From assembly GCA_029548865.1 (NCBI GenBank), contig JAKPMO010000002.1:192001-256000 (forward strand): 64,000 nt of DNA, given 5' to 3'. Every line of letters begins with the position of its first letter. The stretch's first letter is position 1. The DNA comes from Caldisericota bacterium (GTDB lineage Bacteria; Caldisericota; Caldisericia; JAAYUI01). This document shows positions 47,995 to 57,974 of this stretch, piece after piece. The position numbers and the translations under genes were made by a program. A model generated the notes under the pieces. The model had not been told where the DNA came from and did no database searches. It worked only from the letters and a program-made list of their open reading frames with translations.

Positions 47995-48951
47995 TCAATC
48001 GTGAAGCTGGTAGGCCAGTTTGAGCAATTCCTCATCGGGTTTTTTCAATTTACCAATGACCAGGTTGGATGGGGTGAAGGCCGGTTTGCCATCAATAAAG
48101 CCCACTACACAATCAGCGCGCCCTTCCAATGCAGCATCAACAGCCAGTGAGCCAAGTTTTGAGGCGTGCAATCTGTCAAATGATGTTGGGCTTCCGCCTC
48201 GCTGGATGTAACCAAGGATTGAGACATAGGGATCTATGCCGGTCCGTTCCGCAATTTCCAGCGCTAGCCATTTTGCATGGCCGGCTCCCTCGGCAAGCAC
48301 GATTATATGGTGGTGTTTCTTCTTGTCCCTGCTTTTTATGACCCTCAAAGCCACTTCATTCAGATCAACCTTGTATTCTGGAACAAGGATGGTGTCTGCG
48401 CCACAGGAAAGGCCGCTATAAAGTGCCAGGAAACCAGAGTCTCTTCCCATGACTTCGACGATAAAGGTTCTTTCGTGCGATGTGGCTGTGATCCTGATTT
48501 TGTCTATCGCCCAAACGGCAGTGTTCACTGCGGTATCAAAACCAATGGTAAAGTCTGTTCCCACGAGGTCATTATCGATTGTTGAAGGTATGCCAATTGT
48601 TTTTACGCCCTGCATTGCCAGTGCATGGAGGCCTGTTTGAGTGCCATTTCCACCGACAGCAAACACGTAGTCGATGCCTCTTTCCATAATGTTGCTGGCG
48701 GCCTTTTTTTGAAATTCTTCTGACTTGAATTCTTCGGAACGGCTGGAACGTAATATTGTTCCGCCCATTTCCAGTATTCCGCCTACATCTCTTGCCTGGA
48801 GTGGCTCAATGCAGCCATCAAGTAAGCCCTTGTATCCGTACTTTATTCCAAAAACTTCATGGCCAAGAGAAAGAGCCTTTCTTGTGACCGCTCTTACTGC
48901 AGCATTCATCCCTGGGGCGTCCCCGCCCGATGTTAAAATGGCAATCTTCAT
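47995..48951 (-). CDS. pfkA: 6-phosphofructokinase (ATP)
   Basis: 'TSGGDAPGMNAA', 'GGNGT', 'PSTIDND', 'EVMGR', 'GYIQRGG'. Confidence 0.95.
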   Translation of the reverse strand: MKIAILTSGGDAPGMNAAVRAVTRKALSLGHEVFGIKYGYKGLLDGCIEPLQARDVGGILEMGGTILRSSRSEEFKSEEFQKKAASNIMERGIDYVFAVGGNGTQTGLHALAMQGVKTIGIPSTIDNDLVGTDFTIGFDTAVNTAVWAIDKIRITATSHERTFIVEVMGRDSGFLALYSGLSCGADTILVPEYKVDLNEVALRVIKSRDKKKHHHIIVLAEGAGHAKWLALEIAERTGIDPYVSILGYIQRGGSPTSFDRLHASKLGSLAVDAALEGRADCVVGFIDGKPAFTPSNLVIGKLKKPDEELLKLAYQLHD

Positions 48952-49916
48952 TCGATATTGTCCTTTGTTTTTGTCGTGGCAATATAAATCATGAGGACAA
49001 TATTTGCAAGTAACAGTGACCATATCTCGCTAAAGGGCAGCGCATATACTCCTGAAGATGTTTGTGCTATCGGGACAAGGCTGCCACCAAAAAGAAACAG
49101 CCTGATAAAAAGGCTTGTCAGGGTCGTTACAACGAGGCTTCCTGATGCCTTGAACAAGAGCCCCAATGCGATGCCAAAAAGGAACCACTGGAGCAAAAGC
49201 ATCCATGTCTCGCCAATCCCAACCGGATGCCAGATCCAGATCAGTGTAGTGACATTAAAGAGCATGAAGAGAATGGCTTGGATGATTATTGAAACGGGGG
49301 TGCCAAAAAGTCCTTTGATTTTTGTCTGTATGTAACCCCTGAAAAAGATTTCGGATGCAAAACTGACCAGTACCAAGTAAAGCAAGGAGAACAACAAATC
49401 CATATCGAGTGCAGGGAAAGACATTCCAAAACCCATGACCCTTGCACCCATTATGATCGGGCCAAAAATACCAGCAAGTATGAAGCAACCCCAGAAGGTT
49501 GCTATTGATATGGTCGAACCAAGGATTTGTCTTCCAAAATTCCTTATTGTGAGGCCGAATGACCTGAGCGAGTATCTTTCACACAAGGCAATAATCAGAA
49601 TGATAAACGAGGCTGTTATCGCATCGCCCCATTCACCGCCAGAGAACCATTTTATTGCCGTTCTTTGGATGAGGATGATCAAGAAATAGAAGCTTATAAA
49701 AACGATTTGTCTAATGTTCGGGCTGGGCTTGAATCCCACAAGCGTCATGAATGCAGATTGCGCATAAACCAGATATGCGCTTCCCAGCAGGACCGAGTAG
49801 GAAAAAAGAACGCTTATCCATTCATTTCTGGAAAAAGACACCAGCAGGGCAAGAACTGATGCAAGAGCAAAAACCAAAAGGGATGACTTGAATCTTCTTT
49901 CAGGGGAAAAGCTCAT
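48948..49916 (-). CDS. CPBP/CAAX intramembrane protease-like protein (degenerate motifs)
   Basis: Multi-TM, 'SEIFFRGYIQ'. Confidence 0.7.
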   Translation of the reverse strand: MSFSPERRFKSSLLVFALASVLALLVSFSRNEWISVLFSYSVLLGSAYLVYAQSAFMTLVGFKPSPNIRQIVFISFYFLIILIQRTAIKWFSGGEWGDAITASFIILIIALCERYSLRSFGLTIRNFGRQILGSTISIATFWGCFILAGIFGPIIMGARVMGFGMSFPALDMDLLFSLLYLVLVSFASEIFFRGYIQTKIKGLFGTPVSIIIQAILFMLFNVTTLIWIWHPVGIGETWMLLLQWFLFGIALGLLFKASGSLVVTTLTSLFIRLFLFGGSLVPIAQTSSGVYALPFSEIWSLLLANIVLMIYIATTKTKDNIE

Positions 49917-51118
49917 TGATTGTCCGCCCTTTTCTTTGATTTCTTGCCTACAAATTTGGATTCTTCCCCAATCCTTGTGACCCTCTTGCCTCTGAATCTT
50001 TTTTTCACTTCGGGATGCTCGATGTTTTTTTCTTCGGTATTTGTTGAAACAGCAGGTGTTGAATCAACCATTTTTTTGACCGTTTTGATGATTTTTGTGG
50101 TTTCGTGTTTTTGGTGCCTTTGAGTTCCGTATTCCTTGGAGAGACGCACAAGGAGCATAAGGAAAGCTATAACAACAAAAACACTTATTAAGCAAAGTAT
50201 CCACCATGCCATGTCCCTTATTCTGCAAACCTTCAGTTCCCCGGAGAGCTCCCCAAGCGTTGCCTTTAGCTCGCTTGTGTTGCCTCTTGCGATCTGGAAA
50301 ATTACAATGTTTACTTCGTCCATGTGGGATTGCAGACTTATTTGGTCGCCTGGGACTTTATTTTTGGGGGGCATGCAGGAGTATTCGGAGTAGTCTTTGA
50401 CGAGGTTGACAAGTTCTTCCCTGCCTGTTTTGGGGGGCAATGGGAGCTGTGCTGATCTTACAAAACTTCGCAGATTGTCTCCGTAAAGCTGCGTTATCGC
50501 CTTGTCTATCCCGTCCTTGACGCATATCTGGAGAAATTCTAAAAGTCTTGCCTGGGACTCGTTTTGTCCAATATTTTGAATTCTTGCGGCTGCCCTTGCC
50601 ATGATCTGAAGCGAGATTTCTTTTGCTTCCGCAGAAACCGGGATTTCTTCTTCAGCAAAAACTATCCTGCAAAGTGACGCAAAAGATTGCAGGTTTATTT
50701 TTTGGTAAATTGATGAAAAATAGAAAGAAAGTATCCTTTTTGTCTGCTCCAGACAATTTGGATAGAGTATTGAAAGGATTTCATAAAAAATGGGTTTTGT
50801 GGAACCTGTTTTTTTGAGGTAATCTGGCGTGACGACGACCCTTATTGTGTCAGAGTCAATAAATTTGGCCTGTTTGGCCAAAATGGACTGGTAGCTTGGA
50901 AAAACGTCAACATTCAACTTGGTATTGGAGTGTCCAAGGTTGTCCTGTACCAGCTTGAATTGAGTTACAATATCGGCCTCGATTGTTGTTTTCTGGTAGC
51001 CAGTGGTTGAAAACCCGCTCGAAAAAGACACTTGTATATCTTTGAGTGCGAATACACCCGAAAATGGGACCAGCACTACAAAAAACGCAATCAAAGCCGA
51101 TACTGCTTTTCTTATCAT
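49913..51118 (-). CDS. Exported, C-terminally anchored hypothetical protein
   Basis: Signal peptide, TM near the C-terminus, basic tail; coupled to neighbours. Confidence 0.6.
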   Translation of the reverse strand: MIRKAVSALIAFFVVLVPFSGVFALKDIQVSFSSGFSTTGYQKTTIEADIVTQFKLVQDNLGHSNTKLNVDVFPSYQSILAKQAKFIDSDTIRVVVTPDYLKKTGSTKPIFYEILSILYPNCLEQTKRILSFYFSSIYQKINLQSFASLCRIVFAEEEIPVSAEAKEISLQIMARAAARIQNIGQNESQARLLEFLQICVKDGIDKAITQLYGDNLRSFVRSAQLPLPPKTGREELVNLVKDYSEYSCMPPKNKVPGDQISLQSHMDEVNIVIFQIARGNTSELKATLGELSGELKVCRIRDMAWWILCLISVFVVIAFLMLLVRLSKEYGTQRHQKHETTKIIKTVKKMVDSTPAVSTNTEEKNIEHPEVKKRFRGKRVTRIGEESKFVGKKSKKRADNQ

Positions 51119-52215
51119 TTAACTAGCTCAACCATCCTGATGACCCAATTTGCTGATGCCTCAAGATCTGAAATTCGTAAAAATTCATCTTTTGAATGTG
51201 GATTTTCAAAACCGACACCAACAACAACGGATGCAAGCCCTTTGGCATTGAAGATATTGGAAACTGATCCGCCACCAGAGCGCACAAATTGGGGTTTTAG
51301 ACCAACATCTTTGGCGGCTTGGGCGACAAGGGACGGAAGCGGGTCTGTTTCGCTAAATTTATATCCCATAAAAACCCGTTCCTTTGAGACTTCTATTGTA
51401 GCGCCAACTTTTTTGGCCTCTTCTTCAAACCTGTCAAGCATGTGCTTGGTTTGGGCGTTCAGTTTAGCTTCGTCCCTTGATCTTGCTTCCATTTCAACTT
51501 TGCATTCCTCGGGGACGATGTTATTGGCCTTGCCGCCACTTATGATGCCAACGTTTGAAGTTGTTTCGTCATCAATTTTGCCGAGCTTCATTGACGCTAT
51601 TGCTTTTGAAGCAATGACAATGGCTGAGATGCCCTTTTCAGGAGCGATTCCTGCATGTGATGGTTTGCCCTTGATCGTAATCTTGCAAACATCTTGGTAT
51701 GGGGCAGCAATGTTTATTCTTCCGGGTGCACCATCAACATCCAAGATTACCGAATATTTGCTTTCCAGTTTTGACGTATCAAACTGTGCGGCGCCCCTTA
51801 GGCCTACCTCTTCGCAGATATCAAAGACAACCTCTATTGTTGGGTGTGGTTTGTCTTTGATGCATTCAAACATTTCCAGGATGCAGGCTAAACCGGCCTT
51901 GTCATCGGCACCGAGGATTGTTGTTCCATCTGAGCGTATTATTCCATCAGCAATTTGTGGTTTTATGCCAATGCCAGGAACAACTGTGTCCTGGTGTGAT
52001 GAGAACGCTATGGAACCAGGCAGGCTCCCTTTGAGCCTGCCCATGATGTTTCCACTGTTGGACCCGATTTTACTTCCGGCATCGTCTACCCACACTTCAA
52101 GGCCCAGTGATCTCAACTTGGCCACGAGGTAGTCGGTCACCGGCTTTTCTTTTCCTGATTCAGACGGGATCTGGACAAGGTCGAGAAAAGTTTTGAGGAG
52201 TCTTTTGCTATCCAT
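51115..52215 (-). CDS. M20 family peptidase T-like protein
   Basis: 'HQDTV', 'GADDKAG', 'EEVG', 'ANNIVP', 'NPHS'. Confidence 0.9.
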   Translation of the reverse strand: MDSKRLLKTFLDLVQIPSESGKEKPVTDYLVAKLRSLGLEVWVDDAGSKIGSNSGNIMGRLKGSLPGSIAFSSHQDTVVPGIGIKPQIADGIIRSDGTTILGADDKAGLACILEMFECIKDKPHPTIEVVFDICEEVGLRGAAQFDTSKLESKYSVILDVDGAPGRINIAAPYQDVCKITIKGKPSHAGIAPEKGISAIVIASKAIASMKLGKIDDETTSNVGIISGGKANNIVPEECKVEMEARSRDEAKLNAQTKHMLDRFEEEAKKVGATIEVSKERVFMGYKFSETDPLPSLVAQAAKDVGLKPQFVRSGGGSVSNIFNAKGLASVVVGVGFENPHSKDEFLRISDLEASANWVIRMVELVK

Positions 52216-52753
52216 TGATGTCAAAATTGAGGCCTGCATCGAGGACTTGCAGGTTGATTGGCAGATATTTTGCCTTTGCTTCACCAAGGGTTTGCTTGAT
52301 AGCTTCTTTTGTTGATTCCACCTTGACTGCGCCAGTTGCCTTGACCACAATGCCAAGAATAACTATGTTTGCGGCCTTTGCCATTCCTGCTTTTTCAGCT
52401 ATTTCGTTTGCAGGAACATAGATCGTCTTTATGTCGGTCCTTTTGGCTTTTTCTTTTATGAGGGAGGAGTTGACGATGAGGATTCCGCCTGGGGCAACGA
52501 GGGGTTCAAAAGTCTTGAGCGACGGAAGGTTCATTACCACGCACACCTTTGGATGTGGGAGTACCGGGGAAGCGATTGGTTCATTGGAGATGACTATTGC
52601 GCAATTTGCTGTTCCACCCCTCATGGCCGGGCCATAGGAAGGAAGAAATGTGGCATAATTGCCTTCAAGAACGCCCGCTTCGGCAAAGAGCTTGCCAAGC
52701 ATCATTATTCCCTGTCCGCCAAATCCGGCGGCGACAAGTTCGTGTTGTGCCAT
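52208..52753 (-). CDS. 2-oxoacid:ferredoxin oxidoreductase gamma subunit
   Basis: 'AGFGGQG', 'PSYGPAMRGG'. Confidence 0.92.
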   Translation of the reverse strand: MAQHELVAAGFGGQGIMMLGKLFAEAGVLEGNYATFLPSYGPAMRGGTANCAIVISNEPIASPVLPHPKVCVVMNLPSLKTFEPLVAPGGILIVNSSLIKEKAKRTDIKTIYVPANEIAEKAGMAKAANIVILGIVVKATGAVKVESTKEAIKQTLGEAKAKYLPINLQVLDAGLNFDING

Positions 52754-53496
52754 CAGAGTCCCTCCGCAACTTTGAATTCACCGAGAGGATAATACTTCAT
52801 TGTTTCCTCTTTGACCCTCTTGAGTGCATCAACTGGGGTCATTCCCCAGTTTGTCGGGCAGGTGGAGAGAATTTCAACTATAGAATAGCCAAGGCCCTTG
52901 ACCTGTGCAGTAAAGGCTTTTTTGATTGCAGCCTTTGTTTTGTTGATTCCAGGAACAGAAACAACATCTGTTCTGGCTATATAGGCTGGACCATTGAGCT
53001 GGGCGAGCATCTCGGAAACCCTGATTGGATAACCATTTGCCTGTGCCGTTCTTCCGTACGGGGAAGTCTCGGTTTTCCAGCCCATCAGTGAGGTTGGGGC
53101 CATCTGTCCGCCGGTCATTCCATAAATGCCGTTGTTGACGAAAATGGTGGTGATGAGTTCACCCCTGGTGGCTGCGTGGACCATCTCGGCGGCGCCGATT
53201 GAAGCGAGGTCACCATCTCCCTGATAGGTCATTACAAACCTGTCCGGGAGGGCTCTTTTGACGCCAGTGGCAACGGCCGGTGCACGACCATGGGCCGACT
53301 GGACTGAGTCAAAAGCGAAATAATCGACTGCAAGTGTGGAGCAACCGACTGGAAGAACGATGATTGCCTTCTGGAGGAGATCCATCTCTTCGATTACTTC
53401 GGCAACGAGTCTGTGGATAATGCCATGTGTACATCCTGGGCAATAGCTCCTCGGGATGTCCATGAGTGGAGTCGGCATGTGATTGAGCTGTTCCAT
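52753..53496 (-). CDS. 2-oxoacid:ferredoxin oxidoreductase beta (TPP-binding) subunit
   Basis: 'YCPGCTHG', 'YQGDGD', 'NN..YGMTGGQ', 'CPT'. Confidence 0.92.
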   Translation of the reverse strand: MEQLNHMPTPLMDIPRSYCPGCTHGIIHRLVAEVIEEMDLLQKAIIVLPVGCSTLAVDYFAFDSVQSAHGRAPAVATGVKRALPDRFVMTYQGDGDLASIGAAEMVHAATRGELITTIFVNNGIYGMTGGQMAPTSLMGWKTETSPYGRTAQANGYPIRVSEMLAQLNGPAYIARTDVVSVPGINKTKAAIKKAFTAQVKGLGYSIVEILSTCPTNWGMTPVDALKRVKEETMKYYPLGEFKVAEGL

Positions 53497-54569
53497 TACT
53501 TTGCCTCCTTCATAAGTTTAAGCATTACTTCGGAGATCTCGTTTGGTTCTGGCAGCATGCCACCCTGGCGACCATAGAAATGGACCGGTTTCTTGAATTC
53601 TGTTGAGAGTTTGACATCTTCGATCATCTGGCCAAAGCTCAGCTCAACATCAAGGAAGAACTTTACTCTTGGGTTTTCGGCCAGAGCAAGGAGCTGTTTC
53701 TTGGGGAACGGGTAAAGGGTGATTGGTCTTATGAGGCCAACTTTGTGTCCCTTTGAACGGAGGTCCTTGATTACGGTCTTGATGATACGGGCAACGGTGC
53801 CGTATGCCACAAAAACGTATTCTGCATCGGCTGTTTCGACCTCTTCAAACTTTACTTCGTTCTTTTCGACATCGGCGTATTTTGCCCACATCTTCTTGTT
53901 CATCACTTCCAGGCCTTCTGGAAGAAGGTCGAATGAATTAACAAGGTTCCTGGACCTCTTGCCTTGCATGCTGTCGGCTGCCCATGGTTTCTTGGGGAGC
54001 TTTTCGATGTCAACAAAACCTGGGAATTCCACTGCTTCCATCATCTGTCCCAAGAGACCGTCGGAGAGCATCATTACCGGGTTGCGATACTTGTCGGCAA
54101 GATCGAAAGCTAACTGCATCAAATCAATACTTTCCTGGACGGTTGATGGTGCGAGGACTATGAGATGATAGTCTCCGTGTCCGCCGCCTTTTACGGCCTG
54201 GAAATAATCGCCCTGTGCTGGTGCAATATCGCCAAGACCTGGGCCGCCTCTAACAACATTCATCACTACCACTGGCAATTCTGAGCCTGCTATGTAAGAA
54301 AGTCCTTCCTGCATGAGTGAGATGCCTGGTGAGGATGATGTTGTAATGACTCTTTTGCCTGCAGCTGCGCATCCATAGAGCATATTAATGGCTGCAACTT
54401 CTGATTCTGCCTGCAAAAATGTTCCATTTACCTCTGGAAGACGCCTTGCCATGTATGCTGGCGCTTCATTTTGTGGGGTGATTGGATAGCCAAAAAAATG
54501 ACGGCAACCTGCCCTTATGGCAGCTTCACCGATAGCTTCGGCACCCTTCATTAAAAGTTTTTCGCCCAT
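53496..54569 (-). CDS. vorB: 2-oxoacid:ferredoxin oxidoreductase alpha subunit (VorB type)
   Basis: 'GYPITPQ', 'QAESE', 'RGGPGLG', 'KGGGHGDY'. Confidence 0.9.
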   Translation of the reverse strand: MGEKLLMKGAEAIGEAAIRAGCRHFFGYPITPQNEAPAYMARRLPEVNGTFLQAESEVAAINMLYGCAAAGKRVITTSSSPGISLMQEGLSYIAGSELPVVVMNVVRGGPGLGDIAPAQGDYFQAVKGGGHGDYHLIVLAPSTVQESIDLMQLAFDLADKYRNPVMMLSDGLLGQMMEAVEFPGFVDIEKLPKKPWAADSMQGKRSRNLVNSFDLLPEGLEVMNKKMWAKYADVEKNEVKFEEVETADAEYVFVAYGTVARIIKTVIKDLRSKGHKVGLIRPITLYPFPKKQLLALAENPRVKFFLDVELSFGQMIEDVKLSTEFKKPVHFYGRQGGMLPEPNEISEVMLKLMKEAK

Positions 54570-54578
54570 TTATAAAAC

Positions 54579-55631
54579 CTACTTTCCTGAGAATTCCAGA
54601 GAGACTGGCTCTGTTGTGTAGACATGTGAGACGCCTTTCTGGTTGTCGAAGAGTGAGAGACCAAACAGATAAAAGCCTCCATCTTCAAGTTTGTGCGCAA
54701 ACTGGACCTGAGTCGGGTTTGCTGTTACGAGTTTCCTTTTAAACTCGACTGTCCAGGCTTTAGCCTGATCATCATATTTTGCCTGGCAAGCAACATCGCC
54801 TGTGCCAGGATTTTTTATGTAATATGGAACCATGAGACCCGCTGGCAGTCCTGTAGTGTCGGCGGGTACTTCAACCATTTTTGAAAGATCGCCAATAGTC
54901 ATCAGAGAGTATGGGATTGTAAGTCTCTGCATAAATTCAGGGGACCTGGCATTGCGTTTGTTTATATAAAGCGAGCCTGGGAAATATGAGTAGGCGCTTG
55001 TAGTTTCGAAGGTTTCTCCCTTTGGATCAACAGAGTTTGCCAATGGACCCACCACGTAATCATTTGCAGTGCCAAGTTGACCTGATTCTGCTGACATCCA
55101 TGTCCAGATATCGATGAATTCACCTTTGTCATTGGTGGCCATGTAGGAGTTATCATGGCAAAGCACTGAACAGCCCTGCTTTGTAAATTCTTTTATCGGT
55201 GATGCTTCAAAGCCGAGAGCGAACATGTCTTGTTTTGGGAGTGAAGTTCCTGATTTGAACGTTCCGCCTTCCCTGACCTCCCATGGTTTCCCACCGATGT
55301 CCATGGACTCATCTGCCCATGATGCAAGAAGGAAGAAATTTTCATCATCAAAAGCTGCTTTGAGAGTAACTTCATAGGTGTTTGCGCTATCCGAGACCTT
55401 GACGATGGTTGATTGGGCATTTGCCCAGGCCTCGTCGAGTTCTGAAGCAACTCCGTCAATCCTTGGCGCCAGCTCTGTGTACTCTGCAGTCACAACAGTG
55501 CCTGTTGGGGCTGATTCATAGGGTGCCGGAACGCTTGATGAAACGCTGACCGGCACAGAACCGCCACAACCTGCGGAAAAGGCGATTGCTACAAGGGCGA
55601 TGCACGAAATGATAATGCTGGTTTTCCTCAT
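54579..55631 (-). CDS. Lipoprotein of the ethylbenzene-dehydrogenase-gamma (DOMON heme) family with CX3CH motif
   Basis: Lipobox FSAGC; 'PRIDG', 'WAD', 'CSVLCH', 'DIWTW', 'WTVEFKRKL'. Confidence 0.7.
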   Translation of the reverse strand: MRKTSIIISCIALVAIAFSAGCGGSVPVSVSSSVPAPYESAPTGTVVTAEYTELAPRIDGVASELDEAWANAQSTIVKVSDSANTYEVTLKAAFDDENFFLLASWADESMDIGGKPWEVREGGTFKSGTSLPKQDMFALGFEASPIKEFTKQGCSVLCHDNSYMATNDKGEFIDIWTWMSAESGQLGTANDYVVGPLANSVDPKGETFETTSAYSYFPGSLYINKRNARSPEFMQRLTIPYSLMTIGDLSKMVEVPADTTGLPAGLMVPYYIKNPGTGDVACQAKYDDQAKAWTVEFKRKLVTANPTQVQFAHKLEDGGFYLFGLSLFDNQKGVSHVYTTEPVSLEFSGK

Positions 55632-55803
55632 TGACCTCTCCTTTGGTTACATTAAAAAAGCCCTCTCCATAAAATATCATTAAGAAGAAGGCTCATGTTT
55701 CTCACATCAATTTTTTATCACGCAGAAAAATAAGAGTCAAGGAGCCTTCTGGCTTGACAATACAAAGGTTTAACATAATTTCAATAATGCAGGAGGTTTA
55801 AAA

Positions 55804-57081
55804 ATGAAAAGGTTTTTGTGCTTCGCGTCCTTGATCGTTATCCTCGCCTCATGTGGCGGAGAGGTTGAAGAAAAGATAGATACTACGCTGTGGGCAGGTT
55901 CTGGTGGGGACACCATGAGATCGTCCCTCGCGGCAGGTGAAATTGTAGCTCCCTTTGGCAAGATGTGGGAGACGGAAATCAATGGGCTTGGAGTGAGCTC
56001 TGTTGCTGTGGCGCTTGTCCCTCCTGAGGAAGAAAAGGGTCGCCTGACCGCAGTCTACAGGCTGGTAATTGCCTCAGGAAATGATGGCGCTGTCTATGGT
56101 ATTGATTTTGACACCGGCATGAAGATGTGGGAAAAGAGACTTGAAGGCATGACGGGTAACCCCCTCTACTACAGTGGCAAGGTCTTTATTTCAACCACAA
56201 AAGGTTTCTGGCATTGCCTCAGTGCATGGACAGGGGATGAGATATGGTCGGCAAGATACTCCGAGAAGGAACTTGAAAGACCAGACAATGCAACAGCTGT
56301 GGTCTATTCTGGAAAGCTGTATTGTGCCCATTCGAATGGCGTACTTTTCTGTTTTGATACAAATAAGGGAACCGAGTTGTGGAAAAAAGTTTTCAAGGAC
56401 TCGATACAGTGTTCTCCAGTTGTGGTTGAGGACAAAATTATCCTTTCCACTTACGAGATGAACGTTATTGCCCTTGACCCCAATAATGGCAACGAGCTTT
56501 GGAACTCAAAGATAGAAAGTCCTGTCACAACCACGCTTATTTCGGATGGAAAGCTGGTATTTGCTCCGCAAGCTTTTGGCGTAGTCTCTGCATTTGATGT
56601 AGTAGATGGTAAAGAAGCCTGGAAAATAAAAGCCTGTGAAACAATAGCTTATTCGCCATGCCTCACCAAAAGTGGATTAATGGCTATTCCCGATAAAAAA
56701 GCAGGAAAAATAGTTTTTGTCAGGTTGTCCGGCGGGACTGTGGATTCAGAAGTAAAGGTCCCATGGCCATCATCGGGGCTTGTGGCGGCAGGCGAGATGG
56801 TCTGCTTTGCAGCGGAAGATGGGAAGGTTTACACCGTTGATGCTGCAAAAAAACAGGCCATAGAGTCTTTCGATTTTGGAACAAAGGGTGCTGATAACAG
56901 GTACAAAAAGTTTGGAGACCCCTGCATTATACAGGGGAGACTCTTTATATCCGATGGCGCATCCAAACTTTACATGTTTGTGCCCAAGGGTTTTGAGCCA
57001 ACAAAGATTGAGAATGGAAACACAATAATTCCCAGCAACAACCAGCCAAAAGAGATAGTGCCACCAAAAAACAATCCCTAG
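55804..57081 (+). CDS. PQQ-binding-like beta-propeller lipoprotein (BamB-like repeats)
   Basis: Lipobox LASC; repeated 'D..TG...W' blades. Confidence 0.82.
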   Translation: MKRFLCFASLIVILASCGGEVEEKIDTTLWAGSGGDTMRSSLAAGEIVAPFGKMWETEINGLGVSSVAVALVPPEEEKGRLTAVYRLVIASGNDGAVYGIDFDTGMKMWEKRLEGMTGNPLYYSGKVFISTTKGFWHCLSAWTGDEIWSARYSEKELERPDNATAVVYSGKLYCAHSNGVLFCFDTNKGTELWKKVFKDSIQCSPVVVEDKIILSTYEMNVIALDPNNGNELWNSKIESPVTTTLISDGKLVFAPQAFGVVSAFDVVDGKEAWKIKACETIAYSPCLTKSGLMAIPDKKAGKIVFVRLSGGTVDSEVKVPWPSSGLVAAGEMVCFAAEDGKVYTVDAAKKQAIESFDFGTKGADNRYKKFGDPCIIQGRLFISDGASKLYMFVPKGFEPTKIENGNTIIPSNNQPKEIVPPKNNP

Positions 57082-57732
57082 CGGTTTTTTGATATTTCCT
57101 GCAGGATTTTTCTTGGCCCTATTGCAATCAGCAGGTCGTCACTATCGAGAGTTTGCATTGGATCGGGGGGGGATGAGTACCTCGTCCCCCCTTCTGATTG
57201 CTATTATGGTAGTCTGTTTCTCTTTCCTTAAATCCAGGTCAAGGATCTTCTTCCCCACCATGTAGTTTGGTGCCTGAAATTCGTATATTGCATACTCGTC
57301 GGAGATTTCTATGAAATCCAGGAACGAAGTTCCCGTTATCCTATTGGCTATCCTGACGGCCATGTCCTGCTCCGGGAAGAAGATGTCGTCTGCCCCAATT
57401 TTTTGCAGGACCCTGGCATGGATGGCACTTTCCGCTCTGGCAATGATGAAGCCGACTCCAAGGTCCTTTAGCGTTTGTGTCAGGAGGATGTTTGATTCGA
57501 TGTTTTTTGCAAAACCGATTACTGCAACATCGCATTGGGTCACACCTGAGTCCCTGAGTTCCTGCTCGTTGATTGTGTGCAATCTGATTGCACTGGAAAC
57601 AAGTCCTTCAATCTGGTTTACCTTTTCAGGGTCGGTGTCAACCGCAAGTACCCCGTAGCCCTTTCTTTCAACTTCTGTGGCCAGGGCCATTCCAAACCGG
57701 CCAAGCCCGAACACTGCAACCTGAAGACCCAT
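57078..57732 (-). pseudogene. TrkA/KtrA K+ uptake regulator, frameshifted at a C8 tract
   Basis: 'GLGRFG', 'PEQDMA'; the ORF stops at 57142, but removing one C at 57165-57172 restores the TrkA-C end to TAG at 57078. Confidence 0.75.
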
Positions 57733-57765
57733 AAGGCACCTCCATTGCCAAATATAACACAATCC

Positions 57766-57793
57766 TTGACAGCATAAAGGGGGCATTTACAAT
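57766..57793 (+). promoter_or_regulatory. sigma70 promoter of the ranthipeptide locus
   Basis: TTGACA-N16-TACAAT, GGAGG at 57800. Confidence 0.7.
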
Positions 57794-57812
57794 GCTTCCG
57801 GAGGTAACAAGA

Positions 57813-57974
57813 ATGCGTATTAAAATAATTGCAAAGAAACCTGCCTGCAGCAACATTGATGACGAAAACTGCAGGGAATGCCAGACCCCGTGCAAATCAG
57901 CAGCCAAAACTGCAAACACAATTTCAAACCAGATTTGTGAGGCCAAGGGGGCAAATTCTCCCTGGATACTCTAG
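57813..57974 (+). CDS. scfA: SCIFF-like ranthipeptide precursor (variant)
   Basis: CRECQTPCKSAAKTANTISNQIC aligns with SCIFF CGECQTSCQSACKTSCTVxNQxC; RBS; adjacent rSAM/SPASM. Confidence 0.8.
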   Translation: MRIKIIAKKPACSNIDDENCRECQTPCKSAAKTANTISNQICEAKGANSPWIL

